This document shows, piece after piece, positions 1 to 8,695 of a stretch of DNA of 64,000 nucleotides (position 1 is the stretch's first letter; every line of letters starts with the position of its first letter). The notes under the pieces are model-generated. The model saw only the letters and a list, made by a program, of their open reading frames with translations. It did not search any database and was not told where the DNA came from. This DNA is from an uncultured delta proteobacterium (lineage in GTDB: Bacteria > Desulfobacterota > RBG-13-43-22), in contig CAVUPH010000013.1 of assembly GCA_963743305.1 (NCBI GenBank), positions 128,001 through 192,000 of the forward strand, read 5' to 3'. The position numbers and the translations under genes were made by a program.

Positions 1-348
1 GCCTTCGGCATCAACGCTGAAAGGCTTGCCTAAACAGGTGAGGGTCATCTTCCCCTGATTGTAAATAGCGCCGCATCGTTCCGCGGCCTGGCCCAGATCG
101 ATCTCCCGGATGCGCTGCCGCAGGTTTTCCAACGCCTTCCGGCTGTCCCTTTCAATCGAGCCTCCTTCCCCGGCGTCCCGCCGGGACTCAGGCGAGCTTT
201 CCTCTACCAGATAAGGGCAGTCTCCGAGCGTTTTTTTGCCTTGGAACACCGCCACGGAAAAAGCCAGGCAACTGGCTTGGCGGCATTCCCGGCAGTTTGT
301 CTTGGGAAGCCGGTTCAAGACCTCTAAGTGACTGGTTACGCGGGACAT
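1..348 (-). CDS. Fe-S cluster domain protein (DUF3786-like), truncated by the window edge
   Basis: Manual translation from ATG 348: MSRVTSHLEVLNRLPKTNCRECRQASCLAF...CPYL, matching the LPxTNCxxCxxxxCxAF...CP Fe-S motif; GGAGG RBS upstream. Confidence 0.75.
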   Translation of the reverse strand, partial: MSRVTSHLEVLNRLPKTNCRECRQASCLAFSVAVFQGKKTLGDCPYLVEESSPESRRDAGEGGSIERDSRKALENLRQRIREIDLGQAAERCGAIYNQGKMTLTCLGKPFSVDAEG

Positions 349-373
349 GATATTTCCTCCTGAGCTAAGAGAT

Positions 374-772
374 TCAGGGATTCGAAATGCGGACGGTGAA
401 CACCACGGTTTTATCGGAGGGCGTGGCCTCCCAGGATCTCTTGTAGGTCAACCTTATCTCAGTAGTTCCCGCTTTGAGGGCCTTGAAGTGATAACGTTGC
501 TCTCCACCCGATCCCGGACGCTGGGGGTGGGCCGGCTGGTAGGGACTGCCGGTGAGTTCGAGATAGGAACGGTCGAACTGTTCGTTGCCCCTCCAGGTGT
601 ATCCGGTCGTTTCATTGGCCTCGAGCCTGATCGTGAAAACCGTCCCCACCTTGGCCTGGATGTCCAGGTCCTTTTCGGAATAGAGGGCGCCGCCCTTTTC
701 CCCCGAGGTGGTGGCAGCGCAACCCAGGATTAGAAACATCACCACGATTCCGATACTGATTACCATGGGCAT
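374..772 (-). CDS. Chagasin-family (I42) protease inhibitor lipoprotein
   Basis: Lipobox ILGC, NETTGYTW, GSGG and YKRSWE motifs; start moved to the MPMVIS ATG. Confidence 0.8.
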   Translation of the reverse strand: MPMVISIGIVVMFLILGCAATTSGEKGGALYSEKDLDIQAKVGTVFTIRLEANETTGYTWRGNEQFDRSYLELTGSPYQPAHPQRPGSGGEQRYHFKALKAGTTEIRLTYKRSWEATPSDKTVVFTVRISNP

Positions 773-929
773 CGTCTTCTCATCCTTTCTCTCCTTTTCT
801 CCAACGCTCACCTCTGCCCGGCCGCCTGGAACATACCGCTCGTCTTTCACCGTTTTGGACTGTTTGGATAGGTGGCTGCCCGGTTCAGTAGCGATGCCCT
901 TGACGGCGAAGTTTGGAGCCATGGCCGGA

Positions 930-1880
930 TTATCCCTGTCTGGATTCCAGGGCCTTGACCAAAGCCCTGATGGTGGTGTTAAACGGAGTTTCGATTCCGG
1001 CCTGTCTCCCGTACTCGATAAACTTCCCGTTGATGAAATCGATTTCCGTCCGGCGCCGCTGTTCCACGTCCACCAGCATGGAGGGTTTATGAGGTCCCGC
1101 GCTTTCCATATATTCCCTGGCGAACGAATAAAAGTCCCACCCTACGGCGATTTCATTGGCCCGGGCCACCCGGATGCACTCTTTCAGTAAGGAATCGATC
1201 AATTGGAATATGATCGGATCCTCCAAGGCCTGCTTCATCGTTTGACCGGTGACCGCGCAAACCGGGTTCATGCAGGCGTTCATGACCGCTTTCCGCCAGA
1301 CCAGGGGGATAATCTGATCGGTGTGTTCGGTGGCCAGTCCCGAGCGGGTCAGGGTCTCGGCCAGGGCCTTGGCCGAAGACCGAGTTTCCGGGGCCAGCTC
1401 TTGAAGGTAATGGGGGGGATGATGAAAAACCAGCCGGACCCGGCCTGGTTGAATCAGTCCGCAGCCGTAATTTACCACGGCCCGCATCACCGGGGCCCGC
1501 CCTAAGACCCGGGCGACTTCAACTTCCGTGTCGATCCCGTTTTGCCAACTCACTACGACCATTCCCTTTCGGTAAAAAGTCTCGATCGCCGAAGCGATCA
1601 GCGGAATGGCCGAAGCCTTGACGGTCAGGAAAATTACGGTCGGACGGTATTGGGCCAGTTCGTCGACATGAATGCAGGTGGCGAACACTTTTTGTTGCAG
1701 CCTGGCCGCGCCTTCGATGGTTATCCCCGGATCAAGAGCAGGTTTAATCAGGTCCGGGTTGATATCGCAGAGGATGACTTTTTCCCCTTCCTTGGCCAGG
1801 AAAGCGGCCAGGGTGCAGCCCACCGGCCCGGCGCCTATCACCGCTATCGTGCTGGGAACTAATATTCCTTTCGGTTTCAT
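930..1880 (-). CDS. panE: 2-dehydropantoate 2-reductase (ketopantoate reductase family)
   Basis: GAGPVG Rossmann motif, TVKA, QNG, WRKAVMN, PSMLVD and RTEIDFING. Confidence 0.85.
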   Translation of the reverse strand: MKPKGILVPSTIAVIGAGPVGCTLAAFLAKEGEKVILCDINPDLIKPALDPGITIEGAARLQQKVFATCIHVDELAQYRPTVIFLTVKASAIPLIASAIETFYRKGMVVVSWQNGIDTEVEVARVLGRAPVMRAVVNYGCGLIQPGRVRLVFHHPPHYLQELAPETRSSAKALAETLTRSGLATEHTDQIIPLVWRKAVMNACMNPVCAVTGQTMKQALEDPIIFQLIDSLLKECIRVARANEIAVGWDFYSFAREYMESAGPHKPSMLVDVEQRRRTEIDFINGKFIEYGRQAGIETPFNTTIRALVKALESRQG

Positions 1881-1892
1881 GGGAGGCCCTTT

Positions 1893-2324
1893 CTACGAAG
1901 ACTCAAAAGAAGTGGGATCCAGCAGTCTGATCCCGTGCCCTTGAAGCAGGGCTATAGCCCGGTCACTATCGTTAAAGCGGAAAATCATGATCGCCTTTCC
2001 GGTGGGGGCGCCGACCAGTCCATAGGCGTAGTTGATACTGATCCCTCCTTCCAGGAGTGGTTTCAATATCCGGGCCAAGCCGCCCGGTTGATCTTCAATT
2101 TCCACGGCGATCACTTCGTCCACCCGGGCGGGCATATTCCCGGTCATCAAGATCTGCATGGCCAGGGTGACATTCGAGACCAGTAGGCGAAGGACTCCGA
2201 ATTCCCCCACATCGGCTATCTGTAGGGCCCGGATGCTGATCCCGGCTTCCCCCAAGGCCTGAGCGACCTGAAATAATCGCCCCGGGGCGTTTTCGATAAA
2301 AACGGATAATTGTTTAATTTTCAT
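1893..2324 (-). CDS. Tandem ACT domain amino-acid-binding protein
   Basis: QLSVFIENAPGRL and EIEDQPGGL ACT repeats; AGGAGG RBS. Confidence 0.85.
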   Translation of the reverse strand: MKIKQLSVFIENAPGRLFQVAQALGEAGISIRALQIADVGEFGVLRLLVSNVTLAMQILMTGNMPARVDEVIAVEIEDQPGGLARILKPLLEGGISINYAYGLVGAPTGKAIMIFRFNDSDRAIALLQGHGIRLLDPTSFESS

Positions 2325-2511
2325 GTTTCCTCCTTTTTATCGGCTTTTTCCACTCGGCTGGCGCCGAAGAGAGGGGATTGGGCTAATCGTATTCCCATTC
2401 TAAATCAGATCGTCTTTTTTTGACCACAAAATCTTTCAGGTGGATTATAATTTCGACAAACCCCCATGCTCAGGGCGGGCACCCGTGAAGCAGGAAAAAA
2501 ACAGACCCCGG

Positions 2512-2610
2512 GTCATTGCGAGGAGCGAAGTGACGAAAGCAATCCCCCAGTTGGCTTACAACGCCCCCCCAAGCCCTACCGGGGGATTGCTTCGCTTCGC
2601 TCGCAATGAC
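2512..2610. repeat. REP-like palindromic element (GTCATTGCGAG...CTCGCAATGAC family)
   Basis: Terminal inverted repeats plus inner GCAATC/GATTGC; related copies at 31457 and 33081. Confidence 0.8.
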
Positions 2611-2652
2611 ACACTTGTTTGGGGCTTATTTTCGTATTATAAGGAGAAGATC

Positions 2653-3528
2653 ATGATTGACGACTGGCTGGCCAATGCCTATGAAGGGATGTCCCGGCGG
2701 CAGTTTCTCGCGCGGATGAGCGCTGCGGGTTTCGGCCTGGCCGGATTCGCGCTCGCCGCCGATCCGGTGGAGGGCGAGGTCATCACCACATCCGCCCAGG
2801 GACTTGAAACGGCCGAAGGGGAAGTTCCCCGTGGCGATTTCCAGATTCCGATCTACGAGGCCCGTCCCGCTGCTCCGGGGAGGTATCCGGTCGTGCTTGT
2901 CCTCCCCGAGATTTTCGGGCTGCATGCCCACATCAAGGATGTCACCCGCCGGTTTGCTCGGGAAGGCTTCCTGGGCCTCACCTTTGAGCCTTACGCGCGG
3001 GAAGGCGGCGTTCTGCAGCTTCCCGACATGGCCGCCGTGCGGAAGGTGACGGATCGGATTCCGGACGCGCGGGTCATGGAGGACCTGGACGCTCTGGTGG
3101 CCTATGCCCGGCGGCACCCGGCCGGGCAGGGGGATCGGATCGGAGTGACGGGGTTCTGCCGCGGGGGAATGTACACCTTGCTCTTCGCGGCCCATAGTCA
3201 CAAGCTGAAGGCCGCTGTTGCCTGGTACGGCCAGATCCGGCCTGCCAAAATTCCGGGCGTCCGTTCAGCCGGACCCCTCGATCTGGCCGCCCAAATTAAA
3301 ATACCCGTCCTCGGCCTATATGGTGAGGCGGACCTGGGGATTCCTGCGGATGACGTCAAGGAGATGGAGGCGGCCCTCAAGGCTTCCGGCACAACGACCG
3401 AGTTCGTGCTTTACCCTGAGGCGCCGCACGCCTTTTTCGCGGATTATCGTCCCAGCTTTCGGCCGGAAGCGGCCGTTGATGCCTGGCGTCGCTGCCTGGC
3501 CTGGTTCAATAAATACTTGAAAGTTTAA
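2653..3528 (+). CDS. Dienelactone hydrolase family protein with twin-arginine-like N-terminus
   Basis: PEIFG, GFCRGG nucleophile elbow, HAF; SRRQFL; AAGGAG RBS before ATG 2653. Confidence 0.9.
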   Translation: MIDDWLANAYEGMSRRQFLARMSAAGFGLAGFALAADPVEGEVITTSAQGLETAEGEVPRGDFQIPIYEARPAAPGRYPVVLVLPEIFGLHAHIKDVTRRFAREGFLGLTFEPYAREGGVLQLPDMAAVRKVTDRIPDARVMEDLDALVAYARRHPAGQGDRIGVTGFCRGGMYTLLFAAHSHKLKAAVAWYGQIRPAKIPGVRSAGPLDLAAQIKIPVLGLYGEADLGIPADDVKEMEAALKASGTTTEFVLYPEAPHAFFADYRPSFRPEAAVDAWRRCLAWFNKYLKV

Positions 3529-3534
3529 CCGGGA

Positions 3535-4075
3535 TCATTCCTTCCGGGTTAAAGTCATCTCCATCATCTTTTCTTCTTTGCCCCCCTTGGCGGTGATGAA
3601 CATTTCATAGGCCACGGTATTGTCATTAATGATCCTGGAGACACTACGCCAAGTCATGGGACCCCGGACCGGGTCGTCGTAGCGGCTTACCTGGGTAATG
3701 GTCTTGCCGTTCGGACTGGCAGTCCCTTCAAAAAAATAGATACCGGTGCTCATGGAGTCGATCCAGGTTGACACATATTTCTTGGTATGGTTGTCATACC
3801 CGATGACATTGATGCCTTTGAAGGTACGTTCCCATCATCTTGCCGGTATAGACCTGCTCCAGGAATCGTCCATCAAGGATCATCTTTTGTTTGCAGGTCC
3901 CTGTGGATTCCACGGGGGGCTTATCGGGCTCCATCCAGCCCTTGGTCTTAGTAATCCAACTTCCCGCCTGACGCGCCAGCCGCTTGTGCGGCGCGCCCGG
4001 AGTTCCCACCTTCTGATAGACTTTCATGATCGCCTGCATGTCCATCTTGCCTGCCTGTTTTTTCTCTTTTGCCAT
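3535..4075 (-). pseudogene. DUF1579-like protein split by a +1 frameshift near 3826
   Basis: TPGAPHKRLA..GSW...LDGRFL joins FKGINVIGYDNHTKKYVSTWIDSMSTG if one base is removed (ATG GGA ACG T ACC TTC AAA). Confidence 0.8.
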
Positions 4076-4278
4076 CGCATACCTCCTTATGGATGTGGCC
4101 ACCCGGGTCCGCCGCCGGACTGCGGCCTGGTGAACAAGTTAATACCCTCCGGCGTAGTTTCCCCTTCGAGATTATCTTTTAATTCTTACGCATGATCCCA
4201 TTTAAATAAATGGTGTAAACAATGTATTTTTTGAGAAAAAAAAGAGTATTTTTCTTTGAAAAAGGACGGCACAACCGC

Positions 4279-5619
4279 TCAGGAAGGAAAACACCGGGCG
4301 AATTGTTTCATCAACCGCGGGGATCCCTTGATGCGGATCTTCCGTTGGATCAGGGCCGGGAGGAGGCTTTTTTCTTTAGCCAGAAAATCCACCCAGGTCC
4401 GGCTGTCCGCCGTGAGCCGCAGGTCCGCTTTTCCGACGTGTCCGGGTTGAACCAAAATCTGTTGGTCTTTGATGACCGCTGTGCCGGTCAATTCTTCAGC
4501 CCCGGTAAAAGTGAAATGGTAGGTGGCGTTCAATCCTTCGGATTGTCCCCGTTGGAAAATCAAGGGCAGGCTTTCCAAGAAACTCTTCGCGGAGCCGGCC
4601 CTAAGGCCGTTGCCGATCAGCCTGGCTTTCTTATGAGGAAAACGCTTGGCCAGGTATTGTTCGGCATCCGAACCGGGCACTACAAAAATGGCTTCTTCTT
4701 TGTTTTGAAAAGGTTTGACCACCTCGTCCAAATAGGTTTGACGGTCGTCCAGAAAAGGACCGATGACCTCCTCCCCGGCGGGACAGACAGCCAGGCAGTA
4801 GGAGGATTTGTTGCATATGCCGTAACTCAGGGACTGCCACATGGAGGTCGTCTCGGAATCGCCGACTTTCCGGCGATAAGCGGCCACGTCCCGGCTGGTG
4901 ACCACCCGCTCCACCCAATCCTGAAAACCACCCAACCGGTCGCGGTAGTTGTGGGTCATACAGGCAGTAAAATTGAAATGACCGTCCGGGGAGATGGCCC
5001 CGACCGGGCAGACGGCAACACAAAGTCGGCATTCCACACAGGGGTTATAATCCAGGGGTTGGTCATAGGCGGTGGCTTCCCGGTCCAGCAGGATGGTGCC
5101 TAAAACAATAAAGCTGCCGAACCGGGGATGGATCACCAGGCGGTGGTGCCCAATCTTTCCCAATCCCGCGGCCTCGGCGATGGTTTTGTGGGAAATCGGC
5201 CACATCTTCCCGGGCCATTTGGCCATATTCATGGGAAACCCGCCCGAGAGGTATAGTGCCCGGATGCCGTCCGCTTCCAGCCTGCCGGCCAAACGGCGTG
5301 TCGCTTCGTTGATTTTTTCAAAGGTCCGCAAGAACTCCAGATCAGATACGTCTCGGGAGGGGCAACGGATATTCTCACGATTCATCTTGCAGACCAGGCT
5401 GACCAGGCTTTTTGTCCGGGGGAAGATCTCCAGGATGTCCGCGCGCTGATCATTTATTCCCGGGCGGTCCAGTTCGACGACGGCGGCATCGTCGGCACCG
5501 GCTTCCAGCGCCAGGGTCTTAAGCCGGTCGGCATCTATTTTTTCCAGGGTCAAGGAGGGAGAATGGGCGGAGGCCTTCTCCCGGTAGCGTTTTACCGTCG
5601 GGTGCTCGTTGAGTTGCAT
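4279..5619 (-). CDS. QueG/reductive-dehalogenase-like 4Fe-4S protein with C-terminal SCP2 domain
   Basis: SHKTIAEAAGLGKIG, HPRFGS, CVECRLCVAVCP, CLAVCP; C-terminal SCP2-like ADLRLTADS...KIRIKG. Confidence 0.75.
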   Translation of the reverse strand: MQLNEHPTVKRYREKASAHSPSLTLEKIDADRLKTLALEAGADDAAVVELDRPGINDQRADILEIFPRTKSLVSLVCKMNRENIRCPSRDVSDLEFLRTFEKINEATRRLAGRLEADGIRALYLSGGFPMNMAKWPGKMWPISHKTIAEAAGLGKIGHHRLVIHPRFGSFIVLGTILLDREATAYDQPLDYNPCVECRLCVAVCPVGAISPDGHFNFTACMTHNYRDRLGGFQDWVERVVTSRDVAAYRRKVGDSETTSMWQSLSYGICNKSSYCLAVCPAGEEVIGPFLDDRQTYLDEVVKPFQNKEEAIFVVPGSDAEQYLAKRFPHKKARLIGNGLRAGSAKSFLESLPLIFQRGQSEGLNATYHFTFTGAEELTGTAVIKDQQILVQPGHVGKADLRLTADSRTWVDFLAKEKSLLPALIQRKIRIKGSPRLMKQFARCFPS

Positions 5620-5645
5620 CGAATGATCTCCCTTTTTGGCCGAAG

Positions 5646-6083
5646 TTAGGCTTCCCAGACCTCCGGCGGAACCATGCCCATGGACTGATATTCGATTCGG
5701 TACGGAGTGATTTTGCAGACCACAAAGTTGGGGTCTTCGGGTCCGGAAAATACATTCTTGAGGTGGTCGAACCAAACCGTTTTCTTACTTCGTTCATCGG
5801 TCAGGATTTCCGCCCGGCCCTGGATCTGTAAATAGGATTCAGCCGTTTCCATGGTAGCCACACCGGTGGTCAGGTGGACCTCCGGGTTTTTCTTGATTTG
5901 GGCAACTTTTCGGGAACCCAGGAAGGTGGCCATCCAAAGGGTCAGGTCTTCATCGGCGAAAGGGGTGACATAGCGAACCCAGGGTTTACCGTCTTCAGTC
6001 AGCGTTCCCAGGGCGCAAAGGGTCGGTCCGGTCAGTTTAGCCAAAATTTTCTTTTTAAGTTCCTCGTTGGACGAGTGGGCCAT
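5646..6083 (-). CDS. Pyridoxamine 5'-phosphate oxidase-like FMN-binding protein
   Basis: LGTLTEDGKPWVR, SRKVAQIKKNPEV, GPEDPN. Confidence 0.8.
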   Translation of the reverse strand: MAHSSNEELKKKILAKLTGPTLCALGTLTEDGKPWVRYVTPFADEDLTLWMATFLGSRKVAQIKKNPEVHLTTGVATMETAESYLQIQGRAEILTDERSKKTVWFDHLKNVFSGPEDPNFVVCKITPYRIEYQSMGMVPPEVWEA

Positions 6084-6142
6084 TTTCTTCCTCCTTATTC
6101 CATATTTAAAAGTTATTTATAAGGCACATTAATAAATATCAA

Positions 6143-6727
6143 TTAACCTTTTAATATATATTTAAAAATAGATTTGAGGTGATTTTCCAGAGGGGCAGGA
6201 CCCTTGACCGCTTTCATGTGCATGAGTGCCCCATGCCAACTATAAACCAGAAAATAGGCCGCCTCCCGCACCTCCAGGCCCTTTGATAAATCTCCGGATT
6301 CCTGTGCTTCGGCCAGCACGTCAGCGTATAAATCCACCATAGCTTCCAGCCCTTGCCTGAGCTTCTCCCTGAAAGCCGGGCTTAAGTCCCCCATTTCCTG
6401 GGCCAGGTTGCCTATCGGACAGCCATAAGCAAAAGCTTTCGATTTGAAGAATTGAATAAACCAGCCGAGAAAATTCCTGACCCGGTCCAACGGCGGAACA
6501 GCGCGGTCCCCGAGGGCCTCTTTGGCTAGCTTTGAATAAAATTGCATAAAATAATCGATTACTTGAATGCCAAAATCTTCCTTATTCTTGAAATAATTAT
6601 AAAATGATCCTTTGGGCACTCCCGCCGCACGCAGCACTTCCTGAACGCCGGTATGGTTGAACCCTTTGAGGTGGATGATCTCGGCCCCGCACTCTAAAAT
6701 TCTGGTTTTGGTATCTTCCTTCATCAT
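6143..6727 (-). CDS. TetR family regulator (NemR/YxaF-like)
   Basis: HTH AGVPKGSFYNYFKNKE; GCPIGNLAQEM. Confidence 0.9.
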   Translation of the reverse strand: MMKEDTKTRILECGAEIIHLKGFNHTGVQEVLRAAGVPKGSFYNYFKNKEDFGIQVIDYFMQFYSKLAKEALGDRAVPPLDRVRNFLGWFIQFFKSKAFAYGCPIGNLAQEMGDLSPAFREKLRQGLEAMVDLYADVLAEAQESGDLSKGLEVREAAYFLVYSWHGALMHMKAVKGPAPLENHLKSIFKYILKG

Positions 6728-6760
6728 CGGTTATGGCTTTTTCTATTTTAGCTTGACATA

Positions 6761-6789
6761 ATAATAGACCGGTCGTCTCAAGGTGTCAA
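6761..6789 (-). promoter_or_regulatory. Sigma70 promoter of the TetR operon with an overlapping NemR-like operator
   Basis: TTGACA-17-TATTAT on the minus strand; quasi-palindrome TAGACCGGTCGTCT in the spacer. Confidence 0.7.
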
Positions 6790-7040
6790 TTAGATTTATT
6801 CCGGGTGGATGTGCCTGCCTCTGAATTTAAGGCCTCCCTTTCCTTCCGTTTATCACTCGGGTTCTCTGGGATTTGAAGGCGGTGCAACCTGAAAGAACCC
6901 GGGTAGTGGGTAGTCCGCCCCATGATCGATCCCGGCTACAACCCGAACTCCTTCTTACTGGTCACCGGCAGCAAGGAATGCCTGAAAATTCTGGAAGGTT
7001 AGGTCTAAGAATGGTAGATTAACCCGGAATTGGGACTCCG

Positions 7041-7261
7041 TGGCCGTCGGGTCTCGGCGATAGGGGTTCCTCCCACTTCGGGGGACTTTTCAGGTTCTCC
7101 CCCGGCCCCCGGGTTATTAAATCTTTCCGGAGGCCGGGTCCGCCTTGATGGCGCCAAAATTCTCTGAGATGGGGACTGCTTTAAATAGAATTTGTAAGAT
7201 CGGCTCGGATTCGAATTCCGGAGAACCTTTGGAAAACCCTTTCGCCGAGACCCGACGGCCA
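7041..7261. repeat. Element bounded by ~30-bp inverted repeats
   Basis: TGGCCGTCGGGTCTCGGCGA (7041-7060) is the exact reverse complement of 7242-7261; imperfect pairing continues inward. Confidence 0.7.
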
Positions 7262-7313
7262 TACCAGATAGGGGGGTCACCCACCCCAAGGGGCGAAGCG
7301 TCAAAAAGAATTA

Positions 7314-7919
7314 TTAAGCCCGGGTGATTACGAATTCCCCATAATCGTCTCCCACTTCAATCCCTTTGGTCTGGACGGACTTGAAGGTGTTGAGGCCGGT
7401 TTTTCCGGTGGGATCGAAGGGGCCGCCATAAGCCAGGTCCATAAAAGCGGCGGATACTCCCTGGATCATGTAAGCCGTGGGCCTGCCGGCTTTACCATAC
7501 AGGACCACGTCGCTTTCATAATAATCATAAGCCCGGATTACCATTCTTTCGTTGGGCACCAGTTCGGCGACCTCGGATTTGGCCCACCCCCAGGCGGTGA
7601 AGACGGCAAAAGCCCCGTGCAGCACATCCTCCGGGGCCTGCTCGATCATCGGGCCCACGACCTGATTCCAGATGTCCGAGGTGATGATCCCATAGCCGGT
7701 GAAATAACCGCACTCGTGGGCGCAGTTGACCAGGAGGGTTTCGGCCGTTTCGATCAGGTCTTCCGGCACCGAATTGACGATGCGCCGGGCAAAGCCGTTC
7801 CAAAATTCGGCCGGCAGTTGTTGCACATATACCCCAAAGGCCGGGATCATCCCTTCCTGATCTCCCAGTACCGTTACTTTCGACATCTCGGCGATGATTT
7901 TCTTTCTATCAATGGCCAT
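7314..7919 (-). CDS. Divergent V4R (4-vinyl reductase/Bet3-like) fold protein
   Basis: AWGWA, MIQGVSAAF and QTKGIEVGDDYGEF resemble V4R GWG, G-x-x-x-G and ExxCxxxGDxxCxF; AGGAGG RBS. Confidence 0.55.
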   Translation of the reverse strand: MAIDRKKIIAEMSKVTVLGDQEGMIPAFGVYVQQLPAEFWNGFARRIVNSVPEDLIETAETLLVNCAHECGYFTGYGIITSDIWNQVVGPMIEQAPEDVLHGAFAVFTAWGWAKSEVAELVPNERMVIRAYDYYESDVVLYGKAGRPTAYMIQGVSAAFMDLAYGGPFDPTGKTGLNTFKSVQTKGIEVGDDYGEFVITRA

Positions 7920-7929
7920 GATTTCCTCC

Positions 7930-8466
7930 TTATCGTACTACGGCTTTGAAAACGGATTTTTCATCCCCGCAAACCAGACTCTTGATCTCCTTGGCTTGGA
8001 AACTCCGGGGGGGTTTGTTGTTGGTCAGATCGGCTACGGCGGCGACAAACCCGGTCGTGAAAAAATTAACCGGTTGATCATAGCTGCCCCATTTTTTCAA
8101 CCAGCCTTCATCCAGATGGCTGTACTCCATTTCCGCCGTGACCGCGTATTTTCCGATGGCGCTGAATTTGATGATTCCCATGCCGGAGATTTTCCAATAT
8201 TCCTCCGCAACGGCGACCTTCTCGGCGATAGTTTGGATGTTTCGGGCCTGATAATAGCGGTTCAGGACATCATAAAAAACATCCTCCGCATTCTCCACCA
8301 GATGCCGAACCCCTTCAAATTCGGTGGCGTCCAGGGCCAACTGGACATAGAGCGTGGAATAATGATGGCAATGAAGCACCGTGCAGTCCCCGTTCAGGGA
8401 ATGCCGGTTCTTCACCGGATCAAAGGTGTGTTCAATTTCAAATTCGGTCTTTTTTTCAATGGCCAT
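7930..8466 (-). CDS. Divergent V4R fold protein with LHCHHY motif
   Basis: SGMG, FTTGFVAA, EIKSLVCGDEKSVF; GGAG RBS. Confidence 0.55.
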   Translation of the reverse strand: MAIEKKTEFEIEHTFDPVKNRHSLNGDCTVLHCHHYSTLYVQLALDATEFEGVRHLVENAEDVFYDVLNRYYQARNIQTIAEKVAVAEEYWKISGMGIIKFSAIGKYAVTAEMEYSHLDEGWLKKWGSYDQPVNFFTTGFVAAVADLTNNKPPRSFQAKEIKSLVCGDEKSVFKAVVR

Positions 8467-8484
8467 GTTCTTTCTCCCTTTCCT

Positions 8485-8673
8485 TTACAATTTTATGTCC
8501 TTACCTGTGATTTCCTTGAAGACCTTTTCCATCTTGCTCAGATTCTCCGGGCTGTCCGGGGCCGCTCCGGCTTTGTCGGAACTCATCCCGGACTTCATGG
8601 CCAGACGCATCTGGGCCTGCAAGCCCCCGTGGTCCTTGGCCAAACTAAACGCTTTCACAAGCTTGGCTCCCAT
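8485..8673 (-). CDS. Small helical hypothetical protein (62 aa)
   Basis: AAGGAGG RBS; tightly packed between the MCP and V4R genes; MRLAMKSG...PDSPEN. Confidence 0.75.
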   Translation of the reverse strand: MGAKLVKAFSLAKDHGGLQAQMRLAMKSGMSSDKAGAAPDSPENLSKMEKVFKEITGKDIKL

Positions 8674-8695
8674 AATGTGTAACCCTCCTTAGCTT

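Noticed and set aside
2440-2652. N-terminal extension of the hydrolase ORF
   Set aside because: It is the translation of a REP-like element; the good RBS is at ATG 2653
5620-5775. Extended start of the QueG-like ORF
   Set aside because: It overlaps the upstream gene; the RBS favours ATG 5619
6922-7002. 26-aa ORF MIDPGYNPNSFLLVTG...
   Set aside because: Too short, with no clear RBS; possibly a remnant but unsupported
7005-7327. ORFs on both strands containing AETRRP
   Set aside because: Artefact of the inverted repeat
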